Positions 30,133-39,751 of a DNA stretch of 64,000 bases are shown here, piece by piece (the stretch's first letter is position 1; every line of letters begins with the position of its first letter). This stretch comes from an uncultured Achromobacter sp. (GTDB lineage Bacteria > Pseudomonadota > Gammaproteobacteria > Burkholderiales > Burkholderiaceae_B). Location of the stretch: contig CAUSDE010000026.1 in assembly GCA_963530045.1 (NCBI GenBank), forward strand, positions 10,417-74,416. Direction: 5' to 3'. The translations under genes and the position numbers were made by a program. The notes under the pieces are model-generated. The model saw only the letters and a list, made by a program, of their open reading frames with translations, searched no databases and was not told the DNA's origin.

Positions 30133-30852
30133 TCAATCGGCGGCCGTGGGCGCGCGGCGGGCCATGCCGTCAAAGGCATCGAGCAGCCGTTCGCGCCACG
30201 CATGGACGGGGTCGTCTTCGGCCAGCAGTTCCAGCGGGCTGGTGCAGCGGGCCCACATGAACATCCCGAACACCGCATAGTCGGCATAGCCGTGCTGGCT
30301 GCCCGCCAGGTAGGGCTGCTTGCCCAGCGTCAGGCGCAGCGGCAGCAGCGCTGCCCGTAATGCCGCGATCTGTTCGGCGTAACCCGCCGGCAGGTCTTCC
30401 AGTCTGCCGAAGCGCTTTTCCCGCGAGGCGCGGAAGTAGTCCTGGTCTTTCTCGTGGATCAGGCCGTGGATGGCGGGCAGCAACAGGCGCGCCAGCACCG
30501 GCACCAGCGTGGCATCGGCCCAGGCGTTCGCGAACCGCGTGACCGCGCGCCCGCCCGCGCCGCCGAACAGGGACGGCCGTTCGGGAAACGTGTCTTCCAG
30601 ATAGCAGGCGATCTGCCATGAATCGCTGACCACATGGGTGTCGTGCACCAGCACCGGAACCAGCTTCTGGCCGGAAAAGTCGATCGCTTCCTTTTCGGTG
30701 AAGCGCCAGGGCACGGTCTTGGCGGACAGGCCCTTGTGGGCCAGCGCCATGTGCGTTTTCCAGCAATGCGGGCTAAAGCGCAGCGACGCGTCGGCGCCGG
30801 CCAAATCGTACAGGGTGAGATCCGGGTTCAAGATGTCGCGCTCCTTGGACAT
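30133..30852 (-). CDS. Glutathione S-transferase (LigE/beta-etherase-like subfamily)
   Basis: FSPHCWK..ALAHKGL, VPVL, SDSWQIACYLE, YADY. Confidence 0.88.
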   Translation of the reverse strand: MSKERDILNPDLTLYDLAGADASLRFSPHCWKTHMALAHKGLSAKTVPWRFTEKEAIDFSGQKLVPVLVHDTHVVSDSWQIACYLEDTFPERPSLFGGAGGRAVTRFANAWADATLVPVLARLLLPAIHGLIHEKDQDYFRASREKRFGRLEDLPAGYAEQIAALRAALLPLRLTLGKQPYLAGSQHGYADYAVFGMFMWARCTSPLELLAEDDPVHAWRERLLDAFDGMARRAPTAAD

Positions 30853-30908
30853 GCCAGTGGAAAAGGACGGCAGTCAGGATAACGCTTCCCCGCTTGGCGG
30901 CCCATAAG

Positions 30909-30941
30909 AAAAAGCGCCACGCGCCCGAGGACGCGTGGCGC
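30909..30941 (-). terminator. Rho-independent terminator of the DUF4168-like gene
   Basis: 10-bp stem GCGCCACGCG/CGCGTGGCGC followed by TTTTTCTT on the minus strand. Confidence 0.75.
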
Positions 30942-30971
30942 AGGCCGGACAATCCCCGGTCCGGCCTTGGG

Positions 30972-31364
30972 TTACTTCGGCGCGCCCTGGCTCATGTTCA
31001 TGACTCGCTGCTTCAACTGCGGGTCCTGCTGCACGGCCTGGCCGATGCCATTGAATTCTTCGACGGTCAGTCCGTCCGCACGCACCAGCTGCACCATCTT
31101 GGCGTCCGCTTCCTGCACCACCTTCTGCTTGGCGTCATCGGACTTTGCGGCGTCGACCTTGGGCCGGTATTCGTCGACCACGCCGGACACCTTTTGCGAT
31201 GCCGATGCGAAGCGTTGCAGCTGCTGGTCGGTGGGTTGCGTAATGGCGGGGGCCATCTGCGGTTGAGCCGGCGGCTGGCTGGCGTTCTGCGCCAGGGCGG
31301 GGGCACCGGACAGCGCCGTCGTCAGAATGGCGGCGGATAGGAATGCGTAAGTGGAACGCTGCAT
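30972..31364 (-). CDS. Secreted DUF4168-like protein
   Basis: Signal peptide (ALA-Q), TDQQLQRFA, GLTVEEFNGI..VQQDPQL. Confidence 0.85.
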   Translation of the reverse strand: MQRSTYAFLSAAILTTALSGAPALAQNASQPPAQPQMAPAITQPTDQQLQRFASASQKVSGVVDEYRPKVDAAKSDDAKQKVVQEADAKMVQLVRADGLTVEEFNGIGQAVQQDPQLKQRVMNMSQGAPK

Positions 31365-31593
31365 GAAACCTCCTTGTTCCGGTTGAATGTCCGACCATGA
31401 TGACGACGGGACCGGCCGCGGGACAAGTTTCGCGATGTGTTTTCCTGTGTCGGCAGGCCACGAGATCCGGGCGTGCCGCGGGAGGGCCGCCCCTGGGGCG
31501 GCGCCGGAAACGTTTTGCGCGGTTTCGTAGTCGCTGCTGGTCGCGATGTGTCTTTAGGTTTGTGCGGCGCAGCGCGGGTCGCGCGCCGACGGG

Positions 31594-32412
31594 TCAGATC
31601 AGCAGCATGCTCAGCATCACCAGCGCCAGCAGCAGGATGTACACCCGGGCATGCAGGCGGTCGGGAATGCGCGGGATCAGCGGCGCCGCCAGCCGGATGC
31701 CCGCCAACGAACCCAGCGCTAACGCCGCGAAAGCCAGCAGATCGACATAGCCGACGATCCATGGGGCCAACGCGGCGGGCAGGCCGCGCGCCGCCGCCAT
31801 ATAGGCCAGTGTGCCCACGATGGCCACCGGCAGCGTCAGCGGGTTGGCCATTGCCGCCGCCTTGGCCATGGGCAGGCCGCGCCGGCGCAGCAAGGGCACT
31901 GTCATCACGCTGCCGCCAACCCCAAGGAAAGTGGCGATGGCGCCAATGACCACGCCGCCGCCCACCACGACGCCCTGTCCCAAGGGCCGCGGCGCCTGCG
32001 TGTCATGCTGCTGCGCCAGGAAACCTTGGCGCAGCAGGCAGTCCAGGATCGTCACGCCCAGGTAGGCGATGAAGATCCCGCGCACCAGGTCGCCGCTGGC
32101 GCGGGTGGCGGCCCACGCGCCCAGCAGGGCGCCCGCGGCGATGAAGGCGGCCAGCGGCCAGACGTAGGCGCGCACGATATTGCCGGCGCGCTGATGCTTG
32201 CGCGTGGCGGCGATGGAATTCACGATCATGACGCAGGTGGACGTCGCCACCGCGATGTGCATCGCGGACTGGCCGATGGCGTCGCCCGCGCCGTGCGTGG
32301 CCGTCAGCACCCCGTACAGCACCGGCACCACGACAAAACCGCCGCCGAAGCCGAAGAGGACCGTGGTGACGCCGCTGGCGCAGCCGAACAAAGCCAATAC
32401 GAGATAAAGCAT
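31594..32412 (-). CDS. TauE/SafE (TSUP) family exporter
   Basis: LFGFGGGFVVVP, AVATS, FLGVGGS; alternative start 32421. Confidence 0.9.
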   Translation of the reverse strand: MLYLVLALFGCASGVTTVLFGFGGGFVVVPVLYGVLTATHGAGDAIGQSAMHIAVATSTCVMIVNSIAATRKHQRAGNIVRAYVWPLAAFIAAGALLGAWAATRASGDLVRGIFIAYLGVTILDCLLRQGFLAQQHDTQAPRPLGQGVVVGGGVVIGAIATFLGVGGSVMTVPLLRRRGLPMAKAAAMANPLTLPVAIVGTLAYMAAARGLPAALAPWIVGYVDLLAFAALALGSLAGIRLAAPLIPRIPDRLHARVYILLLALVMLSMLLI

Positions 32413-32533
32413 GCCGTCCATCCTTTCGCATAGAAGTCGCCACGATACGGCGGGGAGGATTGGCCTGCTTTATAGGATTGGACAATAATGTTCGTATTTC
32501 GGCCAAGCCCGTCGGTTGCCCACTCCGTCTGCC

Positions 32534-33301
32534 ATGCGAAATACCCATATCGACCGCTACGACTCGCTAGACCGCGCCGTGGTCGCCATCGGCAACGACT
32601 ATCCGCCCGGCCAGCTGCTGCCGGCCCATGCCCACCGCCGCGCGCAGCTGCTGTACGGCGCCACCGGCGTCATGCAGGTCGAAACCCGCGACGGCAACTG
32701 GGTGGTGCCGCCGCAGCGCGCCGTCTGGATACCCGCCGGCGTGACGCATCAGGTCCGCATGCTGGAAGTCAGCACGCGTAGCGCGTACATCGAACCCGGC
32801 GCCGCGCGCGCGGATCGCGACGCCTGCGAGGTGATCGAGGTGTCGCCGCTGTTGCGGCAATTGCTGCTGGAAGCCGTGGACATGCCCGCCGCCTATGAGC
32901 GCGAAGGGCGAGACGGCGCGCTGGCGGCCTTGCTGCTGCACGAGGTCGACCGCGCGCCCGTGTTGCCGCTGCATATTCCGCTGCCGCGGGACAAGCGGCT
33001 GGCGCCGCTGTGCCGGGCCTTCATCGCCGCGCCAGACGCGCGCGTGCCGCCGCAGGCGTGGGCCGACCGCCTGCACATGAGCCTGCGCACGTTCAGCCGC
33101 CACTTCCGGCAGCAGACCGGCATGTCCTTTTCGGCGTGGCGGCAACGCGCTTGCGTGGTGCTGGCGCTGGCGCGGCTGGCTTCCGGGCAGCCGGTCACCG
33201 CCATCGCGCTGGACTTCGGCTATCAAAGCCCCGCGGCGTTCTCCACGATGTTCCGCCGGGTGCTGGGCAGCCCCCCGACCGAGTACCTGCGGCAGGACTA
33301 G
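32534..33301 (+). CDS. AraC-family regulator (cupin + HTH, NimR-like)
   Basis: HAHRRAQLLY, WVVPPQRAVWIP, IALDFGYQSPAAFSTMFRR. Confidence 0.93.
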   Translation: MRNTHIDRYDSLDRAVVAIGNDYPPGQLLPAHAHRRAQLLYGATGVMQVETRDGNWVVPPQRAVWIPAGVTHQVRMLEVSTRSAYIEPGAARADRDACEVIEVSPLLRQLLLEAVDMPAAYEREGRDGALAALLLHEVDRAPVLPLHIPLPRDKRLAPLCRAFIAAPDARVPPQAWADRLHMSLRTFSRHFRQQTGMSFSAWRQRACVVLALARLASGQPVTAIALDFGYQSPAAFSTMFRRVLGSPPTEYLRQD

Positions 33302-33325
33302 TGTGTTGGTACTATCGCGGCACGA

Positions 33326-34552
33326 ATGTCGGCCCGTGCCGGGCCGATCGCCGATACGGATTCCATCACCTTGTCGCAATCACCGCTTTCTGTGGGTATC
33401 GCCGGCGCGGGCAGCGCGGGACTGGCCACTGCGCTGGCGCTGGCGCAGGCCGGGCATCAGGTGCGCGTCTTTGAAAAGCATCCGGGTTTCACGACCCAGG
33501 GCGCGGGCCTGCTGCTGCAGCCGCCCGGCGTGCGCGCGCTGCGCTCCTTAGGGGTGGACGTGGCTGCGCTGAATGTGGGCGCGCCGATCGACCGCCTGCT
33601 GGGGGTGTCGCATCGCGGCTGGCCTGTCGTCGATATCGATTACGTGGGGGATGGCGCCCGCGCGGTGACCCGGGCGGCGTTGGGCGGGGTGCTGTTCGAC
33701 GCCTGCCGGCGCGCGGGCGTCGCGTTCTCGTTCGGCTGTCCGGTCCAGACGCTGGACAGCCAGGCGGGCAGGGCGCGGGTGGTCCATGGGGAAGGCGCGA
33801 ACCAGGCGGAATCCCTGTTCGACGTGTTCGTGGTGGCCGATGGCGCCGCGTCCGCGCTGCGTGAACAGGTGGGGTTGGCCAGCAAGTCCCGCGTGTATCG
33901 ATGGGGAGCGTTGTGGGGGCAGTTCTGGACGCCGGACTGGCCGGGGGCCACGCAGCTCTTGCAGCGCTTTCGCGGCACGCGCCAGATGATGGGGCTGCTG
34001 CCTACTGACATCGGCCCCCAGGGCGTCCGCCTGTCGCTGTTCTGGAGCATTCGCCATGACGCCTTGCCCGCTTGGCGCGCCGCGCCGATCGGGCAGTGGA
34101 AGGATCAGTTGCTGGCGTTGTGGCCCGAAGCCGCGCCGGTCGTGGCCCAGGTGTCCCGGCATGAGGACCTGGCCGTGGCCACTTATCGCCACACGTGGCC
34201 GCGCGGGCTGGCGGCCGGGCCCTACTGCGCGGTGGGGGACGCCGGTCATGCGATGAGCCCGCAGTTGGGACTGGGGGCGACGTTGGCGGTGTTGGATGCG
34301 CTGGCGCTGGCGCGCGCGCTGGGCGAGCACGGCGCCGCCGAGGGACCGTCGCGTTACGCGCGCAGCCGGCTGCTGCCATCACGCCTGTACCAGACGCTGA
34401 GCCGCGCCTTGACGCCGTGTTTCCAGTCGTCGGGCCCGGGCCTGTGGCGCGACCTGCTGTTCGGCGGGTCGTTGCTGGTGCCCGGCGTGCGCGGGTTGAT
34501 GAAGCGGGGGCTGCTGGCGATGCCGGCGGCGGACGAGGCCCGGCGCCGTTGA
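33326..34552 (+). CDS. FAD-dependent monooxygenase (UbiH-like)
   Basis: IAGAGSAG, VADG, VGDAGHAMSPQLGLGA. Confidence 0.88.
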   Translation: MSARAGPIADTDSITLSQSPLSVGIAGAGSAGLATALALAQAGHQVRVFEKHPGFTTQGAGLLLQPPGVRALRSLGVDVAALNVGAPIDRLLGVSHRGWPVVDIDYVGDGARAVTRAALGGVLFDACRRAGVAFSFGCPVQTLDSQAGRARVVHGEGANQAESLFDVFVVADGAASALREQVGLASKSRVYRWGALWGQFWTPDWPGATQLLQRFRGTRQMMGLLPTDIGPQGVRLSLFWSIRHDALPAWRAAPIGQWKDQLLALWPEAAPVVAQVSRHEDLAVATYRHTWPRGLAAGPYCAVGDAGHAMSPQLGLGATLAVLDALALARALGEHGAAEGPSRYARSRLLPSRLYQTLSRALTPCFQSSGPGLWRDLLFGGSLLVPGVRGLMKRGLLAMPAADEARRR

Positions 34553-34559
34553 TGGCGCG

Positions 34560-35204
34560 TCAGGCCGCGTACCACAGCACCGCGAAGAAATGGCACACGG
34601 TGCCGGCCAGCACGAACAGGTGCCAGATGAAATGGCTGTAGCGCCAGCGGTTGTCGAACACGAAGAACACCACGCCGCCCGTGTAGGCCAGGCCGCCGGC
34701 CACCAGCCACCACAGCCCGCCCGTGGGCACGCGTTCGATCAGCGGATTTACGGCGATGATCACCAGCCAACCCATCGCCAGGTAGAGGCCCGTCGAGATG
34801 GCTGGCCGATTCAGGCGCTTGCTGGCCTTCAATCCCACGCCCAGCAGGGCCAGTCCCCAGACCAGGCCGAACAGGGTCCAGCCCCACGGGCCGCGCAGCG
34901 CGCCCAGCGCAAACGGCGTATAGGTGCCGGCGATCAGCAGGTAGATGGCCGAGTGGTCCAGCACGTTGAAGATCTGCTTGGCGCGGCAGAGCGGCAGCGC
35001 GTGGTAGATGGTGGAGGCCAGATACAGCAGGCACATCGATGCCGCGAACACGGCGGCGCCTGCGATGAAGGCGGCGTCGCCCTGGCGTACGGCGGCGATG
35101 ATCAGGAACGGGGCGGCGGCCACGGCGCCTGCCGCGCCCACGCCATGGCTGATGGTGTTGGCGATTTCTTCGCCCAGGGTCTGCGGTCTGTCGTTGGGAA
35201 ACAT
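34560..35204 (-). CDS. Hemolysin III/PAQR (TrhA-like) membrane protein
   Basis: EEIANTISHG, STIYH, DHSAIYLLIAGTYTP, HFIWHLFV. Confidence 0.95.
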   Translation of the reverse strand: MFPNDRPQTLGEEIANTISHGVGAAGAVAAAPFLIIAAVRQGDAAFIAGAAVFAASMCLLYLASTIYHALPLCRAKQIFNVLDHSAIYLLIAGTYTPFALGALRGPWGWTLFGLVWGLALLGVGLKASKRLNRPAISTGLYLAMGWLVIIAVNPLIERVPTGGLWWLVAGGLAYTGGVVFFVFDNRWRYSHFIWHLFVLAGTVCHFFAVLWYAA

Positions 35205-35488
35205 GAATGCGTCTTGTTGTGTTGGTGCAAGGCTTACACCATAGGCGGTTTGCGCGGCGCGCTCAAGCGGCCACTCGTCCGCCGGCCCACTGATGCGGGC
35301 TGGCTTGATCTTGTGCAAATCGCGCACGGGCCGGACAGGCGGCCAGGCGCGGCCGCGAAGTTACTCTGTGATACATTTCACGCAGAAATAAATCCGCCCG
35401 CAGAGGCGGTGTACGTTCTTTTCCCAGGCTCGCGTCCGCGATCTGCGCGTCCGCGCGGCCGCAACAGATACTCTAAGGGGAGGCACCG

Positions 35489-35668
35489 ATGATTCCGGCA
35501 ATTGGCCTTATGGTTGGGGCATACATCGTTACGCGGATGACAGCCATGTTGACGCGTCCCGACTCCAGTAAAGTGGTCAGGGTATTGTCCATACTCACTA
35601 TCGCCGTTGCGTTGATGTCCTGTCTGCAATTGTTGACGGGCGGTCTCGGTCCGGCGCCAAGATTCTGA
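35489..35668 (+). CDS. 59-aa small two-TM membrane protein (below the ORF-track cutoff)
   Basis: GGGGAGG SD before ATG; MIPAIGLMVGAYIVTRMTAMLTRPDSSKVVRVLSILTIAVALMSCLQLLTGGLGPAPRF*. Confidence 0.7.
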   Translation: MIPAIGLMVGAYIVTRMTAMLTRPDSSKVVRVLSILTIAVALMSCLQLLTGGLGPAPRF

Positions 35669-35782
35669 GCTCCAGGCGTCCGCGACCTTGCGGACGCGAT
35701 GGCCTGCGTGCCGCAGCGAGCGGCCCCGCGGCGTCAAGACGCCGACGCGAAGTCAAGAAGGTTTACTGGCCGAGGCCTAGCA

Positions 35783-36874
35783 ATGGCGCGCAGTTTTACC
35801 AGTCTGTTTTTCAAAGCCGCAAAGAAACTAAGCAAACTCCAGCGCGCCGCGATGCGCATGGCGGCCCCCAAGTCCGCCAGGAAGCGAACCCCGTCGGTAC
35901 GCAAGGCGGCAGCCAAGCCGGCGCCGCCGGCCGCGACGCCCCGCCAGCCGGCTGCCCCCTCCCTGGGCGGCGGCCGTTGGGAGTCGTCGCGGCAGTTCTC
36001 CGACGGCGCGGGGCGTCAGCTGACCTTCGCGCGCTATACCCCGGTATCTGCGCCACGCGCCGGCATGCCGTTGGTGGTGATGCTGCATGGATGCCGCCAG
36101 ACGTCGCTGGCATTTGCGCGCGGCACGCGCATGAACCAGTGGGCCGACGCCGGCGGCTTCATGGTGCTGTACCCGCAGCAATCCATGACTCGCCAGGTCC
36201 AGCGCTGCTGGCGCTGGTTTCAGCCCGATGACCAGCATGGCGGCGCCGAGGCCGACTTGATCGCGGCGCTGATCCGAGCGGAAGTCGCGCGGCACGGACT
36301 GGACCCGGAACGGGTCTACGTCGCGGGGCTGTCCGCGGGCGCGGGCATGGCGGCGTTGGTGGCCCTGCGGCATCCCACGTTGATCGCCGCCGTGGCCATG
36401 CATTCCGGCCCGGTGGTGGGCGATGCCCATAGTGCCGCCGGCGGCATCGGCACCATGCGGCGCGGCAGCCTCAAGCCCTTGCTGCCGCTGCTGGAAGGCG
36501 TGGCCGACCCAGGCGTGTTCCGTCTGGGCATGCCCGCGCTGATCCTGCAGGGGCAGTTGGATCCGGCGGTGGCGCCCCGCAACGGAAAGCAGCTGTTCGA
36601 ACAGTTCCGCGCGTTGAACGACTTGCGCCCGGAAGACGTTCCGGTCGAGCGCGTGCTGGGGCTGGGCACCGACAAGGCGTACCGCCGGGTGGACTTGCTG
36701 CGCGGACGCAAGACGATTTTGCGCCTATGCGAAATCACGCGACTGGAGCACGCGTGGAGTGGCGGCGACGCCTCGGTGAAGTACCACGCGCGCGGCGGCC
36801 CCGATGCCTCCGCGCTGGTCTGGCGCTTTTTCCAGGGCTTGCGCCGGACGGGCTCGGGCCAGCCGCAAGCGTAG
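35783..36874 (+). CDS. PHB depolymerase/LpqC-family esterase
   Basis: VMLHGC, VLYPQQ, CWRWF, GLSAG lipase box, HAWSGG. Confidence 0.88.
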   Translation: MARSFTSLFFKAAKKLSKLQRAAMRMAAPKSARKRTPSVRKAAAKPAPPAATPRQPAAPSLGGGRWESSRQFSDGAGRQLTFARYTPVSAPRAGMPLVVMLHGCRQTSLAFARGTRMNQWADAGGFMVLYPQQSMTRQVQRCWRWFQPDDQHGGAEADLIAALIRAEVARHGLDPERVYVAGLSAGAGMAALVALRHPTLIAAVAMHSGPVVGDAHSAAGGIGTMRRGSLKPLLPLLEGVADPGVFRLGMPALILQGQLDPAVAPRNGKQLFEQFRALNDLRPEDVPVERVLGLGTDKAYRRVDLLRGRKTILRLCEITRLEHAWSGGDASVKYHARGGPDASALVWRFFQGLRRTGSGQPQA

Positions 36875-37016
36875 ACGCCATTGTTCGCGAATCGGGAATG
36901 CAGTTGTCGACGCCGGCAGCCGGAGAAACCGCAGGTCGCGGCGGTAAGATCGCCCCATTCCTGATCCCGGCGGAGCGCGTGCTTCGCCCAGGCTGGCCTT
37001 TTTGGAAATCTTCGCC

Positions 37017-37529
37017 ATGTCCCTCTCCCTCTATCGGGCGTCCGTGCCTGTCTTCGTTCGCGGCATGGCCGTGCTGGCCGACCTGCTGGAAAAAGCCGTC
37101 GCCCATGCGCAGGCCGAAGGCCTCGACCCCGCCACGCTCGTCAATGCGCGCCTGGCGCCCGACATGTATCCCCTGTCCGGCCAGATCCAGCGCGCCAGCG
37201 ACGCCGCCAAGTTCGCGGTGCAGCGCCTGTCCCAGGGGCAGGCCCCGAAGTTTCCGGACGAGGAAACGACCTTCGCGCAGTTGCAGCAACGCATCGCCGA
37301 CACCATCGCATACCTGCAGAGCGTGACGCCTGAACAAATGGACGGCGCGGAAAGCCGCAAGGTCGTCGTGAACTTCGGCGAGTTCAAGCCGGAGTTCAGC
37401 GGCGAGGATTACCTGCTGACGTTCGCGCTGCCCAACTTCTATTTCCACGTCACGACCACGTATGCGATCTTGCGCAACGCCGGCGTGAAAATCGGCAAGC
37501 TCGATTTCCTGGGGCCGTATTCGCAGTAA
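37017..37529 (+). CDS. DUF1993 protein
   Basis: ARLAPDMYPL, QIQRASDAAK, PNFYFHVTTTYAILR..GV.IGK.DFLG. Confidence 0.92.
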   Translation: MSLSLYRASVPVFVRGMAVLADLLEKAVAHAQAEGLDPATLVNARLAPDMYPLSGQIQRASDAAKFAVQRLSQGQAPKFPDEETTFAQLQQRIADTIAYLQSVTPEQMDGAESRKVVVNFGEFKPEFSGEDYLLTFALPNFYFHVTTTYAILRNAGVKIGKLDFLGPYSQ

Positions 37530-37537
37530 ACCCGCCG

Positions 37538-38038
37538 TTACTGCTTGGCGGCCTGATCGCCGCAACCGGTCATTTCGCCCATTTTGGCCATGTTCTGCTG
37601 GATCTCTTCGGGCGAATAGTCGAACTGGTGCGTGGCGATGGACCAGCGGTGGCCGAACGGATCCACGACCTGGCCATAGCGGTCCCCCCAGAACATGTCA
37701 GCGACCGGCATCGTCACGGTGGCGCCGGCTGCGACGGCCTGCTTCATCGCCGCGTCTACGTCTTTCATGTACAGATGCAGCGTCACCGGGGAGCCTTTCA
37801 GCGCCTTGGCACCCAGGCTGCCCCATTCAGGGAAATCGTCCATCAGCATCAGCACGGAATCCCCGATGCGGATGGCGGCATGCATGACCTTGCCGTTGGG
37901 CCCCGGCAGGCGCGCGAGCTCTTCGGCGTTGAAGGCTTTCTTGTAGAAGGCGATGGCGTCCGAGGCGCCTTCGCACACGATGTGCGCGGTCAGCGTGTGC
38001 ATGCCGTCGGGGATGGGATTCTTTGCGGGCGTAGCCAT
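37538..38038 (-). CDS. VOC/glyoxalase (PhnB-like) protein
   Basis: AIAFYKKAF, HAAIRIGDS, MFWGDRYGQVVDPFGHRW. Confidence 0.92.
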   Translation of the reverse strand: MATPAKNPIPDGMHTLTAHIVCEGASDAIAFYKKAFNAEELARLPGPNGKVMHAAIRIGDSVLMLMDDFPEWGSLGAKALKGSPVTLHLYMKDVDAAMKQAVAAGATVTMPVADMFWGDRYGQVVDPFGHRWSIATHQFDYSPEEIQQNMAKMGEMTGCGDQAAKQ

Positions 38039-38118
38039 GGTGTGTCTCCAGAATCGTGGACTATCAGTGGGGGACGGAGCACCCGGGTCCAATGCGGCCG
38101 GGCGCCTCCTTTCTCTAC

Positions 38119-38145
38119 GACGAACGGGGGCTGCCGATTTCGACA
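38119..38145 (-). promoter_or_regulatory. Putative ECF42-type promoter of the VOC gene
   Basis: TGTCGA-N17-CGTC on the minus strand. Confidence 0.55.
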
Positions 38146-38158
38146 GGCCGCCCGGGTT

Positions 38159-38515
38159 TTATTTGCCGACCAAGGTATTGAAGCCGCCCAGGCACATGCG
38201 CTTGAAATCGAAAATGCCTTCGCAAGACATGCCGGTCAACCTGGGGTCCGCCATGACGAGGGCGTTGATCCGGTCGCGTTCGGCCTTGTTTTCGAACACG
38301 ACCCAGGCGAACACGACCGTTTCGTCCTCTTTGGCGCCAGCGGCGGCGGTGAATGAGCCAAAGCCCTCCCTGTCGATGTCTTCCGCGACGCATTCCCGGT
38401 AGTCCAGCGCGCCATGCTCCATCCAGACGGCCATGGCCTGTTCCGCCATGTTTTTGTAGGTCGGCAGCTTTGCGCGGGGCACGGCAAGCAGGTAACCATC
38501 TATGTACTTTTCCAT
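38159..38515 (-). CDS. DUF1428 (YbaA-like) protein
   Basis: YIDGY..AVP, HGALDYREC, ETVVFAW, VMADPR, FDFKRM..GGF. Confidence 0.92.
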   Translation of the reverse strand: MEKYIDGYLLAVPRAKLPTYKNMAEQAMAVWMEHGALDYRECVAEDIDREGFGSFTAAAGAKEDETVVFAWVVFENKAERDRINALVMADPRLTGMSCEGIFDFKRMCLGGFNTLVGK

Positions 38516-38778
38516 CAAACACTCCTTTGATCCATGTTGTTCTATTCAGTGGCGGGCGCACCCGCTGGTTGCGCTCGCCGCCGTCCGGCCTCAATGCCGG
38601 CAGATGTCACTGTATCGGGATTGGGAGCGCTTTCAGATAGGGGATTGCGACATTCTTGCGGGTGGATTGCGACAGTCGGCAGGCGTATGCTTGGCGTCAT
38701 GAAAAATGACGCCGCGCCGCATCCGCCGCGCGGGTCTATGAGCCCCTTCCGAGGGGGCATCTTCGGAGCCGCCCGGCG

Positions 38779-39741
38779 ATGAAAAACGTCGCTTTCCTTT
38801 TGCCGACGGGAGCCAATATCGCTTCCCTGGAAACCGCGCGCCATGGCTTTCTGGTGGCCAACGAGTATCTGGCGGCGCATGGCCGCGAACCGCGGTTCCG
38901 CGTGCGCACGTTGGCCTTGACCCGCGAGGTCAGTCTGGACGACGGCCGCATCAAGGTGCAGGCCGATCTGGTGCTGGCCGACGAGCCTGAAATCGACATC
39001 TGCATCGCGCCGCCTTTGCTGGGCGCGGTGTCCGATGCCGTGCTGTCCAACCGCGAGCTCATCGACTGGTTGTCGCGCCATCACCGCGAAGGCGGCGAAG
39101 TCGCCAGTTTGTGCATGGGCGCCGCGCTGCTGGCGGCAGGCGGAGTGCTGGATGGCCAGCAGGCGGTGGTGCATTGGGTGGCGCAGAACCTGTACGCCAG
39201 CCTGTTCCCGAACGTGCAATGGGTCAGTGACCGGATCGTCATGGCCGACAACGGCATCTATACCAGTGGCGGCGCGTTTTCGGCGGCGCATCTGGTGTTG
39301 CACCTGATCGAGAAATACACCGACCGCGACACCGCCATCTGGTGCGCCAAGTACTTCCAGCTGGATTGGAGCCGGCAGAGCCAGCTGCCGTTCTCGGTGT
39401 TCATGGGCCAGAAGGGCCATGCCGACGACGTCGTGCGCGCCGTGCAGAACGACATTGAAGGCCGCTACACGGAAAAGATCACCGTGGAAGATCTGGCCGA
39501 CCGCCATGCGATGGGCCGCCGCACGTTGGAACGGCGGTTCCGGCAGGCCACCGGAAACAGCATCGTGGAATACGTGCAGCGGGTCCGCGTCGAAGCCGCG
39601 AAGAAGCGGCTGGAGACCTCGCGCAAGAGCGTGTCGGAAGTCATGTACGAAGTCGGCTACAACGACACGAAGGCGTTTCGCGACATCTTCAGTAAATACT
39701 GCGGCATGTCGCCGGTGGGTTATCGCGAGCGCTATCAGTGA
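38779..39741 (+). CDS. GlxA-family regulator (DJ-1/PfpI + AraC)
   Basis: VASLCMGA, IYTSGGA, RTLERRF, EVMYEVGYNDTKAFR. Confidence 0.92.
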   Translation: MKNVAFLLPTGANIASLETARHGFLVANEYLAAHGREPRFRVRTLALTREVSLDDGRIKVQADLVLADEPEIDICIAPPLLGAVSDAVLSNRELIDWLSRHHREGGEVASLCMGAALLAAGGVLDGQQAVVHWVAQNLYASLFPNVQWVSDRIVMADNGIYTSGGAFSAAHLVLHLIEKYTDRDTAIWCAKYFQLDWSRQSQLPFSVFMGQKGHADDVVRAVQNDIEGRYTEKITVEDLADRHAMGRRTLERRFRQATGNSIVEYVQRVRVEAAKKRLETSRKSVSEVMYEVGYNDTKAFRDIFSKYCGMSPVGYRERYQ

Positions 39742-39751
39742 CGCTGCGCCA

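Noticed and set aside
35378..35737. 119-aa minus-strand ORF
   Set aside because: No SD or motif; overlaps the better-supported 59-aa plus-strand ORF.
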